DNA of 59,126 nucleotides, counting the filler, from Sphacelaria rigidula (Eukaryota), in the NCBI GenBank assembly GCA_964200075.2. It is 4 parts of 4 records of this genome, joined end to end, with 100 filler letters (N's around TTAATTAATTAA, not from the genome) between each part and the next. Parts side by side here need not be neighbours in the genome. Positions count along the whole stretch, not along the records: positions 14,809 to 29,515 come from CAXNAA020002081.1; positions 29,616 to 44,321 come from CAXNAA020002082.1; 2 more parts are not named here. The stretch is one strand, 5' to 3'. Shown piece by piece: positions 26,445 to 37,993 of this stretch (positions within the stretch are counted from its first letter, which is position 1; the number at the start of each line of letters is the position of its first letter). Made by a program: the position numbers and the translations under genes. The notes under the pieces were generated by a model. It was not told where the DNA came from. It saw only the letters and a program-made list of their open reading frames with translations, and did not search any database.

Positions 26445-27221
26445 CTCAAACTGCAATGAATCAACCATAGCCAGGTTGTCAACATGAACCCTTGAGATCA
26501 CGCTGTTGCTACCAGCCCAGCCGCCACAAATATCTTCTTGCAAAAACGGTAACGGGCGAAGCGCAACATGATCCTCATCCGCCGCATCCCATCCCCCACC
26601 ATCTTCAACACGACCATTGCTCCGTCGGGTAGCTTGTTGCTGTTCCCACGCCGAGGGAGACTTTGTGTCGAATCCCGCCGGCAGCTCGTCAGCATCGCCG
26701 AGTATCCACGGCTTCTGCTGTTGCTGCTGTTGCCGAGGAAGTTGCCCATCTTGGCGACAGCTGTCGCTTGTGCCGCTGCTACGATCGACAGCTCTTCCGT
26801 GCTGCGAGGCGGCGAGTAGCACGGAGGCGCTACCGCGGGTCCACCACCACGGCCGTCTCCGTCGCCGTGTACTCGACCGGCCTGTACATGACATTGCCGT
26901 CGAGGTGATGGCAAAGGGTACAGGAAGCGGGCGGGAAAACGGGGAACTCAGCGCGCTGCAGAAACACATCATCTTCGGGTTGGCGATCGTTTCATCTCTA
27001 ATATGGCTGCCGTCTCCACCATCTCCTACTTGCTGTCGCCACTCTGCAGCTGGTGCTGGGGTTGTCGCAGCAGTAGCAGGAAACGGTCGGCGTCGCCTCT
27101 GTCCATATGGATTTTTATTGCTTCTGCTGCTGGTGGTTACGACTGAAAGAGAAGAAATCTGAGGCGTCACCACTGTTGTAGCGGCCAGTGCCAATGCCGC
27201 TACCGCAGCACCTCGAGCCAT
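26445..27221 (-). CDS. recN: RecN-like DNA repair ATPase, exon 1 (signal peptide/transit-like extension plus start of ATPase head)
   Basis: ATG at 27221 gives MARGAAVAALALAATTVVTPQISSLSVVTTSSRS..., a hydrophobic signal followed by an S/T/R-rich stretch. The exon ends ...VISRVHVDNLAMVDSLQFE, matching the RecN N-terminal LxIxNxAxIxxLxLEF motif. Phase-0 donor GAG|GTGCGT; 259 codons. Confidence 0.85.
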
Positions 27222-27391
27222 GATGTTCTTCAACACGAAGAAGCGAGAGACGACAGAAGGTGCCCACGCCCAAGGTGGATTTTTGCATAGCATGATGGCA
27301 AAGGCTTCGCGGAATTGTTTAGATAATGACTGCTCGGTGGACGCCAAGATTTGACACAGGTTGGTCAGATGGAGTTGTTCCCGCAGCACCG

Positions 27392-27457
27392 ATGGCTTTC
27401 AAGATCTTCAAGAGCAAGGAGACAGCAGCTGCTTGGGGAGTGGCTGCAGTTGCTATG
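27392..27457 (+). CDS. Possible first exon of a small membrane protein, divergent from recN
   Basis: ATG at 27392 gives MAFKIFKSKETAAAWGVAAVAM followed by donor |GTGGGA. Downstream exons not established. Confidence 0.3.
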
Positions 27458-28027
27458 GTGGGATTCGATTTTGTCCCATTGTTTGACACCGCAGAATATC
27501 GAGAGATCAGGATAGAACGATTTGCGGGTTGATTATACCTACGGCGCATGTTGGGGTTAGCACTTCACTGCCTGTCCTGACTGTGTCTTTTAAGAAGGAA
27601 CGAGCAGCGTCTCCAAGACCTGGTAGACTCACCAGCAGTACTTTCAATGTGTAGGTATTTTCAGGCTCAGTTGTACAAGTGTGACACCCTTGATTGCACT
27701 TTCCAATGCGAACAGTAGGCAAAAGAGGTCCTGCTGAGGCACCCACCCCCCCAAAGCGTGAGGCCTCGTCTCAGAACAATTTCTCGCGCACATCTGCTGC
27801 CTGTTGTAGTGCTCCGTCATCGCGATCGCAGTAGAGTAGAGTTCGATCGTGCTCTCTTCCATGCTTTCTCGGCACAGTAATCCTGACTACAAAGAGGGGA
27901 CATTTGGTGATGGAATGCGCACAAGCAGGCAGTCGTACTTCAATCGCCCACTGTTTGGTTCGGCACTGTTTGGTGACCTTATCGTCGGCACCCAACTACA
28001 ATACCCGTAGTCGTACTATAGTAACTA

Positions 28028-29041
28028 TTAACCCCTTGGACGCCGAATACCACAAATCGCCCCTAGATCTACCCCTGTGCACAGGAGGTCAGTATAACGC
28101 TTGCCGTCGCATCGACTACAAGTTTCGGTGAAGAACCTCCGCTTGTGTGGAATACAGAAAACAGGTGCCCCACGTTACTCTGTCGTTTATCATGCCGTGG
28201 GGGAAACATAGCGCGCGGTCTGCACGTACCTTTCACCACTACTCAACCGCGCTGTAGTTAATGGCTGTACCTCTCTTAGTGCAGTGCCCCCACGCCTTGC
28301 TTCGGCGAGTCGGTGGCTTTTATGCTTCTTATGAGGTATTTGATGTTAGGAATAATGTGTCAGTCAGAAGACTGTCAACCGCAAGTCTGCCAGTCAACCA
28401 CAAGTCCTGCAACCTATCGGTCACTGTCAGCATGATGCTACATTCCTGCTGCACAGTTGTACTGTACAGTAAAAACCACCGACCCACTCCACACTGCCGA
28501 CTCCATACTGTTGTACATGACCAATCTCCTGGTAGTGTTCTCCTCATATCTGATCATGAGATCATGCCATTGCACACAGTGACAAGCCCGTGACGACACT
28601 AGCACCCGGCACCACGGCGTGAGATTGGGCATAAATTCCCAACTCTTTGCCCAATCCCCGCCGTTAGCGCCAAAGAGCGATTCTACGAAGTAAATTGTAT
28701 ACTAAAGGTTATCATGGTCTAGTATGGTTGTGTCACCCAAACGCCCCTAATAAAACCCCTCCTCTCGGGAATCTGTCCCACAAGACTGTCGGCCAAATCG
28801 ATATTGTACCGAAACGAGGCTCGTACCGCAACGGTGCTTGGCTCCCAAGGGAGTACTCGCTTTATGCCAGAGAAACTATCCTAGTTTCCATTCGCATAGT
28901 GTGACTTTGCTCCCTCACCGCTTCCTCAGCGAAGAGGCGTTTAGAGCACGACAATATCTCTAAAAAGATATTTCAAAACCCCAAAAATGATACAGAAGTC
29001 GCGCTCAGTATTTTGACATGGTCTCGCGGCCTAGGGGTTAA
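28028..29041. mobile_element. Possible ~1 kb non-autonomous piggyBac-like element
   Basis: Imperfect TIRs TTAA|CCCCTTGGACGCCG and CGCGGCCTAGGGG|TTAA. The two ends could belong to different copies. Confidence 0.4.
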
Positions 29042-29515
29042 CCGTTTCGACGTTTATGCCAATCGTTTCAAGCGCTTGTCCCCTGAGCGTCCCGCAAGTG
29101 TTGGGAAGATTACCTTTGTAGGCTTTTGATGAAAGCTAGATAGAAATAGACGGGGGACACGAGCCGCACGAAACTGAATTTTTTGCAGAAGTGGTGATGC
29201 TACAGCCGTCATGGTTAATCCTTTTGGAACCCTCCCCTCCTGCCCCCTGGCCAAACGCCTTCTTATGAGAAGCCCTGACGAAGAGGAAAACGTGGAAACA
29301 GAACAGGCCGACGGCAACCATTTTTATAATGGAAGCCCGGAGAAGAATGTCCTCCCTGGAGAATTTGGGTCAGGTTTGTTCAATCATACCACGCAACGGA
29401 TGAAGTGTGTCCAATTATATCCATCGACAATAATCAGCAAAACCACCATGAAACATTCCATTCAAAAAATAGCAATGAACAGGGTTGCCAGAAAAATGAG
29501 AACGTATTTTGAAAT

Positions 29516-29615
29516 NNNNNNNNNNNNNNNNNNNNNNNNNNNNNNNNNNNNNNNNNNNNTTAATTAATTAANNNNNNNNNNNNNNNNNNNNNNNNNNNNN
29601 NNNNNNNNNNNNNNN
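29516..29615. other. Assembly join with linker
   Basis: Same 44 N + TTAATTAATTAA + 44 N structure. Confidence 0.97.
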
Positions 29616-29699
29616 GGGTTGCAACGCTGAAGACAAAGCCTAGAGACTGATTCGTACGATTCGAATCAATCATACTAAAACCAAGTAATTTCCAGACGA

Positions 29700-31290
29700 A
29701 TCAATATTTGTCCGACCCTTGAACTACTGCGATCATCGTTTTCGAAGATGTGCGGTTTGCTCTTGAAACGCCAGTCAAGGTTCTCCGCAGCGGGCCGGGG
29801 CGCAAACGACCATCTCGCGGGCGCGCGGTCTGTGAAGATGACGCAAGGGCGAGGAGTATGAGCCATCACGTTGCCTGTCAAATTTTTCGGCGCAAAGGGC
29901 TGCAGAAACAAAACATTGGTGTATTTCACGGCTGGCTGGGCAGTGCCGTCCTTAGACCGAGGCTCCTGCCACGGCGAAGGGAGTCGGTCGAACAGGTGCT
30001 GTCCAAGTGTCACTACGCGCCAAGGGGGGAAATGCGCGGCAAGGAAGTAGATCACCTGCGCGTTTCTGCAGAAAATATTACGGGACATCGATCCCACCCA
30101 CCAATTCTTCCATATTCTGTAAGCTTCGCGAGCAACCACAGCGTGTTTTGACAGGATGAGCCACCATGTCGCTGCTGAACATGGCGATATGTCCACCCTG
30201 CTCCACAGCGACATAGCAAAGGCTTTTGTCAAGGCCTACACGGTGCCAGAGGAGTAAAAAGGCCTCGTGCCCGCCGTCCTCCAAACGTCTTCGAAGGGCA
30301 AGTCTGGATAAGGGAGGGATACACCGCACCATCAGGGACAGAACAAGACTCATGATCTCGCATGCCGTAGTCAAAAGATCATTGACCTCACATCCCCACG
30401 AAGCCGAGAGGGAGCACGCCGGGTTCTCGCCGGACCAGGCTCGCAATCAGTCACCAAGCGCGAAACGCCGTGACGTGTTCGGCGAGTCGCATGAAGGGTG
30501 AGCTCCATCCTGCTACGGTTGTTCGGCCCGAAGCATACCAAGTATCTTGCATACGGATGGCAGCCTCCAATGAATTGCTTCATTTTCTGGTATCGCCATT
30601 GCGGAGACAGCGACGGATTATACTGCTTCATGGGTGTCTCATCATTCAATCACTGCGTAATACGATCATCTCCTTTGCGTAGAGTTGAGGTTCTCCGCCT
30701 CCAGCTCGACCACCATCGTGTTTACCGCAACAAAACGCAAGCACAAAAAACAAAACGGTAACCTCGTTGCCTAGCTTACGCAGTGAGTGACGTGTTGTAT
30801 AGAGCCGTTGCAAATCGACGCCAACTCTCAAAAGGGAAGACGGGGGAGACTACGGAAAACCCATGCAACGGGCGACAGCAGCTGAGACGGGAGCTGGGGA
30901 GGTGGTAGGGTTCAACGCAGGCGGCACTGCCGAGAGTCGTGAGGACAGCGATGACTGGGGGAGAGGGGGCAACAGGGCAGATGATCAGGATGATGAGGGC
31001 AGATGATCAGGATGATGAACAAGAGGAGGAGGACTCGAAGAACGAGGACAAGGCGGCCAAAGATGAGGTGCAGGAGAAAGAGGAATCAAAAGAAGTCGTG
31101 AAGCAGAGCCAGAGTGGACACAGCAAGAGGGGGGGGGGTCGCAACGTACACAAGACGGACAAAAAGTACATTTCCGGACGAAAGCATAGGAGGGTCGGTG
31201 CGAGAGAAGCAGAGAGCTTTAGCGCCTATCAGAAGCCAGAACGAGCGAATGAAGCAGCCGGAAAGGCGCAGTCTCCTTGCGATTCGTGAA
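29700..31290 (+). pseudogene. Decayed coding relic, possibly from a transposon gene; family not identified
   Basis: Protein-like fragments broken by stops (MSHHVAAEHGDMSTLLHSDIAKAFVKAY, VEVLRLQLDHHRVYRNK) and an acidic/basic tail ORF at 30939..31289. Confidence 0.25.
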
Positions 31291-31510
31291 CTCATATGTC
31301 CACCTGGTGGTGCGAGTGACGTATTCGAGGGCCTTTTGTGCTATATGCTACATACGAACAAAGCATGCACAAATAGTGCAGGGTACTGCTCGCGAATATG
31401 GTATTTCTTGCTCAGCAACCACAAGTGAGAAACACTGTAAAGCCAAAAACCATCACCAGGGCTCACACGGTCAGGACGGTGTACATACATATATATGCTA
31501 TATATATATA

Positions 31511-31866
31511 TACAAGCCGCACGGGACCCGGGGCTGCGCCCCGGTCCTGTCCGTCTTTTTCGAGGGTCTCGGTATCCTTGCCTTGTCAAGCCCTCGTGAG
31601 AACAGATCCTCTCTCGAAATCTTCATGCACGCCGGAAGCATTGCAGGACCACCGCGATCGCGCGTCCGTTCGAACGATCGCAAACGCAGGTGTACCCCCG
31701 CACAAAGTAAAGCACGAATCCGCTAACCGGGCCCTTAGCATTGGCATTGGCCCGAACAGTCATCTCCCGGGGCGGGTGCGGAGGAACTTGCACACTCAAA
31801 TCAGCAATAAATCTCGTGGACGCCACGTTACAAAGTATGCATGACGCTCGTGAGTTCGAAATATTC
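31511..31866 (+). mobile_element. Possible Helitron/Helentron-like non-autonomous element between two (TA)n tracts
   Basis: GC hairpin ggacccggggc-tgc-gccccggtcc just after the first (TA)n; the element ends in a second (TA)n. No TIR or TSD seen. Confidence 0.35.
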
Positions 31867-33447
31867 TATATATATATATACTATATATTGGACCAAAAGT
31901 AATATGCTAGACAGTGCCCACGGGTCAGATAAAACTATTTCGGCTCGTAGCTAACGCAATCTTCACTAGCGAGGCGGATGGCGCTTGGCTACTGCCACAC
32001 AATTTGTCGCATATCTCACTGGTGTAGACTGTGAAACAGCTACTTCGCTAGGGTTGAAGATGGTCCCGAGGGTGTATCTTCCCGAAATATCTCCAAACCG
32101 AGGCGTATTTTCTCCCTTGGTATTTGGGCAAGAATCGGCCTTCACCTAGGTGGTGGGCTGTTGAGTCGATCTGCACCAGGTACACAATAAGTGCGCCTCC
32201 CCCGAATTCCACGGCTATTCTTATTATGCCGAGCTCTTTCTATCGTCGGGACCTATTTACTTGGGGTTCCGGAAATTCGGCTGTGCAGATATGAGAGTTT
32301 CGGGCCTCTCGAACAGTCAAACATCCTACTGTTGGACCTGCTCCTGTAACAGCTATATCTCCGGTTTACACGTCATTCAGGCAATAGCTCCGCACGTACA
32401 CCAGAGGGGCTTCCACAAGATATGAGGTTTTTCTGTTCACGCATTCAAGGACGAAAAAGGAGTGCGAGAGGGGTATCAGCAAAGGGGCGCAAGTTTCTAA
32501 ATGAACTCGACTACGTTCTCAGAATGTGGGCCCGGGCAGATGCAGGTACGCCTCACCACTGCCCACCTGTGCTCCGCCGCCGTACATGCACGTTTTTGTC
32601 ACCCCGCACGTGTTGCATGGAAATGAACAAGCTCGATTTCGTGCTTTTGGTACGCCCCGCGATCAAAAGGTCGAAGGGCGGTGACAAAAGAAACAGAAAA
32701 AGACTGGTCGGGGTATTCTATTCGACTCAAAAAAGGGTTGGAAGAGTTGGCGGGACGGGGCGGGGGGGTCCGCATTATCAGATCCTGATCTACCCTTGGT
32801 TAAACCACTGTAGGTTGTATGCACTACTGTAAAAGATCAGCACAGAGAACAAGGCGTGTGGTATATGACTACGGTGCATTGAGACTGCTGCATGTGTGTA
32901 CGTTTGTGTACATGACTGAACTCCTGCTTGTTCCTCAGTACACCATAGAGCAGTACACCACAATACAGTAAAGCACAGCACCCCCGTCTCGCGCGCACGT
33001 GTTCCCACATGTAGCAGAGGAGAGCAGATCGACGATCAGACCGAAAGATACCAAGCATGAACAACACCTCTTCTCCCCCTTACTATTTCAGTTGCAGGAC
33101 AAATCAGTGTGCAGGTCACCACCGACACAGCAGACCGAACACAGGAGAAAAGGAGCCCTGGCACAAGGCCGGAGCTCTGTGCAACGTTACAGGCGCGGCA
33201 CACACACCCCGACAAGAACTGTCTCGCTGGCTGTGCCGAACTGAATTGTGCTCGATCCTGTGCACTATGCTGTTTTCCTCATACACCAGGCTGGGATACG
33301 AAGCGTCTCTCCGCACACGCAAATTTGTTCTCATAAGCGATTTAAAAAAAAAATGAAAAAAAAGCTTCGCAGTACAGGCGCGCGAGTTGGAACAAGACAA
33401 GACAAGACAAGATTGATGGGCAACCAGAATCGGCTGATCACTCGTTC

Positions 33448-33614
33448 TTGATCCTTTTGGGACCGGAGTGGACGAACTGGGGGTGAGGGCCCACTGTGAA
33501 CGGGCATCATATTCACTTGAAAACGACTGGACATGATGCCGAATCACAAATGGGCCCCGTGTGCAGACCAGGTGCTCACCTTTGGTTGGTGGGACACCGG
33601 TCCAAAAGGGTTGA
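33448..33614. mobile_element. Related piggyBac-like MITE (TTGA on both flanks); diverged relative at ~45288-45440
   Basis: ccttttgggaccgg...ccggtccaaaaggg TIRs and internal atgatgccga; colinear with 45291-45440. Confidence 0.7.
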
Positions 33615-33693
33615 GATCCCCTGGACATCAGAAAGAACGCTGAAAAAACACAATGGACGTCGTTCTACGGTGTTCTTCCGCCATAACTCCTAC

Positions 33694-34770
33694 CTGACCA
33701 CGGAGGCTGCATAACGTCGGTCTTCCAGGAACTCTCGCGCCGGCGCACCCGATGTCCGCAGCACCTCCTCCCTCCACGACCGGACAGTGGCAAGCCACAG
33801 CCGCCGACGGCACTCCCCCCTCTTTAAATCGAGGAAAAGGCGAGGCCACAACACGCCAACAACTGTCAACTAAAACGGCCGCCTCCCCGCGCTGGGCCCA
33901 ACCGTTTGGCGCGTGAGCGACGGCCACGAATGCCCACTTGCCGGCGCTCACGAAGATGTCGGGAAAACGGATGGCGGTTGGAGGTTTCTTGTGTCCAGCC
34001 CCCACCCGTATCTCCAACGCATATCGCTGAGGTTCTTCTGTGTGTGGCGTGGCGCTATTCCCTGCTGAGAAAGCCTGTGCTCCCGCCGTGGCCGCCGCCG
34101 CTTCACCCACGCGGCGCTCCCGCCCAAGCCCCTTCCCAAGCGGGATGAAGCACACCGCCACGCTTTGCCCCCGTTCTCCGCAGAAGCTGAAGAGGCATGG
34201 CGCCCCTGCATCCGAAGCGGCACGACTTCTGGTGGCAGAATTTCGGGCGACGAATCGAGAGGAAGGAGAAGCGGCATCAAGCCGCACCCACGCGCAAAAG
34301 GTGTAACCCTTCGGGGCTGGCCAGCGCGGCATGGGCGGGAGGCGCAGCCCCGAAGATATCCCGTCTAGCAGGAAAAATCGCTGGGGCCCTGGCCTGTCTT
34401 CCATCATCCCACGAACGGCCCGAAGAAGACCGCACAGCCACGGCGGTTGCAAAGGTGCAGAGCTAGTGGACACAGATGCTACACTCTTGGACCCAGCGAC
34501 AGTACCGTTTGCGGTCGCTCGAGACGATGCGACGGCGGCTTGTCCAGGAGGTTGATGCTGGGATTCCGAACTAGGTGATGCAAGTACTTCGCTGGCGTCT
34601 ACCGCATCGGCATTTTCGGCAGGGAGCGGCTGCATGAGTCGAAAAATCTTCTTGAGCTGAGCCACGGTGATGGAGTGGGAGCCCAGTTGACGCACGAGTT
34701 CGATCGCTAGTCCTTGTAGCCCCGTGTCTGAGTCCCTGCCTCCGTCGAGCTGAGGAAGCATGTCCAAGAG
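33694..34770 (-). CDS. Neurobeachin/BEACH-family protein, exon with ConA-like lectin domain
   Basis: LVRQLGSHSITVAQLKKIFRLM...RFFLLDGISSGLRLPPMPRWPAPKGYTFCAWVRLD...CLFSF...KWAFVAVAH...SLRGQ is the typical NBEA/NBEAL N-terminal signature. Acceptor CAG| at 34771, donor |GTAGGA; 359 codons. Confidence 0.85.
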
Positions 34771-35057
34771 CTGCGAACGTGTGTTGGAATGGACACGTGA
34801 GGACAAGAAAAACGCATCACACATCCTGGTGTCCAGAATAAATGGGACGACAACACAACACACACAACTATCCCAGAATGGGTTTCTGGTGGAATTCTCA
34901 CCCGACCGGCATACCTTATCGCCAAAATAGGTGAAAGCATGTGGGAGCAGTAAGTAATCAAGATACGATATGTTACTTCGTGTATTCCGACTACCACGCA
35001 CACGTTGGGATAGTAGAACGAAAATCAAGCAGAAACGGGACGACATGAAACGCGCAC

Positions 35058-37732
35058 CTGGTCCATCAGTGACGGCTGGACATCGCAACACACAGAGCGG
35101 TTCACCATCCCTCCGCCGGTATCTCCTAGCAGAAAAAGAAAATACTCCAACGCCCGCCGTTGTTCACAAGCCGGCCAATCGGGTAATAGTCGGAAGACAA
35201 GTGGGACCACGAGGGGATTTCGAATCTCGGTAGGAGACGTCGTCACCCCCGTTCCGTCCTCCCCACCTTCTGCACCATTACAGCTTTCGAACTTCCCGCC
35301 GTGGTGCGCGCTGCTGCTTACACTTCTCTCCGCTCGTGAAACAAAACCATCAGAGAGTTTTCCATCCATGAGCATCTCCATCAACGTTCGCAGCAATGGT
35401 ACCGGAGGCACAAGACCAGCGAGAGGAGCAAGCGAGGCGAAACATCCGGCTCCATTCAATCTGTCCGTTGCTCCTGCCCCTGCGCGGTCAGCCACCGCCA
35501 TCGTCGCTACAACCCCGGTATCCGCTGTTGTTGTAGACGAGGAAACACGACTTGCATGAGCTGCGATAGCCCTCTTAAACGCCTTTTTGCCCAGCGAATT
35601 ACCCGCCATCAGGGCTGTGAAAAGCGACAGGCATATCCTCACGACCTCCGCGTACCCCTCACCTGACCTGGCCTGGGGCGCACTTGAACCCGGCACGCGG
35701 TTAACCACGGCGTGTCCAGTAACTCGCTCCAACACAACGAGCAATCGATCAAATGCCCTGTGTTCTCGAAAAGCCTCCTGAAGTAGGGGCGATACGTCCC
35801 AGTTTCCCGTCCGTGCGCGGCGTGGCGCTCCGCTCCTTCCTCCGCCCACCTGGTCCACCACTGGAGGACTAGAGTTTGCATTACGGGGCGACCCTTCGCG
35901 ACGTATCAACGCGCACGCTCCCCTGAGGCCATCAAGCAAAAGTACTAGCCCGTCTCCACCGTCACCTGCTCCCGCCGTCACGATCATCGTAGTTGACGCA
36001 ATAATCGCCGCCGCCCGCTCGCATAAACACAGATACCCTTCCACCAAACCGCTCAGCACTTCTGCGGCAGTCTCTCGCATTTCCGACGATGCACCACCGT
36101 TGAACCCTCGCGAGTCATCGATATCCTGCCCACTCGCTGCTAAACCAACCCGTGAAGCTTGGAATCCCAACTGTGCAATAATATAAAACGCCGCGCGGCG
36201 GAGACGCGGATCCAGCGCGGCTTTGAAGAGCACCTCCGATAGCGGCGGCGGCACCTGGAGTGCCGGCAGCTGACTGTCGCCGAACGAGAACGTGGAGCGC
36301 ATGCGGGGGCTGTTGGTGCTGGTACTGGCCGGCGTACACGACCCCACGCTGCCAGCAGTCCAAGAAGCGCTCAATGGGTTAATCTCGTGAATCGAAGTGT
36401 CAGATGTCAACGAAGCCGTCGGGCGATGGATGCGATCGGGCACTTCCACAAGCTCAGACGCCGTGGAGAAGGCAACCGCAGCTTTGAAAAGCGTTCCTTC
36501 TTCTTTTGCCCCCTCGACGCCGACAAGGTCTACCGCTAGGGAGAACGACGCATGCAGAAGAGCCCAGGAAGCATCAAGTGATACTCTTGTGTCGTATTCC
36601 CCCCCTTGCCCCATGTCGCACATAGTGAACGCAAGCCGAAGAGCGGCCTCGCGCAGTGAAGGTGGCATGAGCTGCAGGACACCACCGAGTAGCGCTTCCG
36701 TCGCCAGAGTATCTCGCAGTAACCTACATCCCTGTATCGATGCGACAGTAGACGGATGGTAGCGCTTGCCCCTTGTCAGGAATCGCAGATACAGGTCGAC
36801 CTCGAGCTGTTCGTGTGGGGAGCCTGATGGCGTACCTCGCGCCCTTCCATAGGTTCGCTCCGTTTTCCCTGGATTCCGGCCGTTGCCCTCCTCGAATGTT
36901 TCTGCCTGAAAGAGACTTGCTACCACGTTCACCGCTTCTAAGAGAACCAACGTCGCATCATGTACGAGTACCCAGCCGACCACGGCATCGTCAAGCCCCC
37001 TATCACAGTCATCTCCAGAATCACAGTCTGCGCCACCTGGAGCGCCAGCGGCGGGTGTCTCAACGTCGGGCGACTCCATGAAGTCGATTGTATCGGCGAT
37101 TATGGATGAGCCTCCATCAAGAAAGTGCTCAGAGAACAGTACATCCCACGCGCCGACGTCCCTCATGAGCTTGATCGCTAGGCGTGGCCATCGCTGCATC
37201 GCTTCGAGGAAAAAACTCAACGCAACCAGTTGTCGCGTGGGACAAGACGCTACTGCTCCGCGCCCACTAGTTGCTGTGGCCGGATCATCGCCTTGTGCAG
37301 CGTGCCTGATTCGTACTTGCTCTACTCCACGGTCTTCATTGCCGTACGTCGGCTGGATGCTACTGGTATCTAGAGGACCACCTCGAGTCAAGAATACATC
37401 CACAAAGCACCTCATGGCCGAGAGTAATACTGCTTCCACGGGCTCTGTTGGTTGAGGAGCCGTCGCTGCACCATCCCCAGCGTCCTGCCCCCCAACGTCA
37501 GCTGGAAACTCCTCCGTTGCACTCTGAACCGCTCCCGCTGAACCATGAGCTCGTGCGGCGCAATCAGAAATCATGTTCAATATCTCGCAGCGGAAATTCA
37601 TCAACACCAGCCCTTCCCCGGTCCTCCCTCCCACCACAACGCCTTGTCTCTCGTCGCTGCGGTCGCTCTCACGCTCTAGCTCCAAGAAATCTATATCGTC
37701 CAATGTCGCACACAGGCGATGGTGGACTGAAT
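35058..37732 (-). CDS. Neurobeachin/BEACH-family protein, large ARM-like exon
   Basis: About 890 open codons ending ...EIRNPLVVPLVFRLLPDWP...VNRSVCCDVQPSLMDQ (the NBEA-type 'I.N...V..L..LL' and 'N...C....L' motifs). Splices in phase 0 to the 34770 exon. Confidence 0.8.
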
Positions 37733-37993
37733 CTACAAGAGCAGACACGCTTCGCCCTTTCCCGCGTACATAGTGATCCCATCCGCCCTCTCGCCAGCTT
37801 CTTTGCTCACACCTGGAGTGATTCCGTAACCCCGCTCCTGACCTTCGACACATGGTTACTCTTGGCCTGCGGGCAAGATTGTGCAATAGAGTATCAGGTC
37901 GACCGCGCGAGATACGGTGTAGAATACAGCACCATGTGGCGGGTACACGTAAATTGCTGGTTGTACCTTGACAATCAATGAATGTGTTGCAAC

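Noticed and set aside
29616..31300. Endogenous giant-virus (phaeovirus) insertion
   Set aside because: No NCLDV hallmark gene or dense intronless ORF block was recognised.
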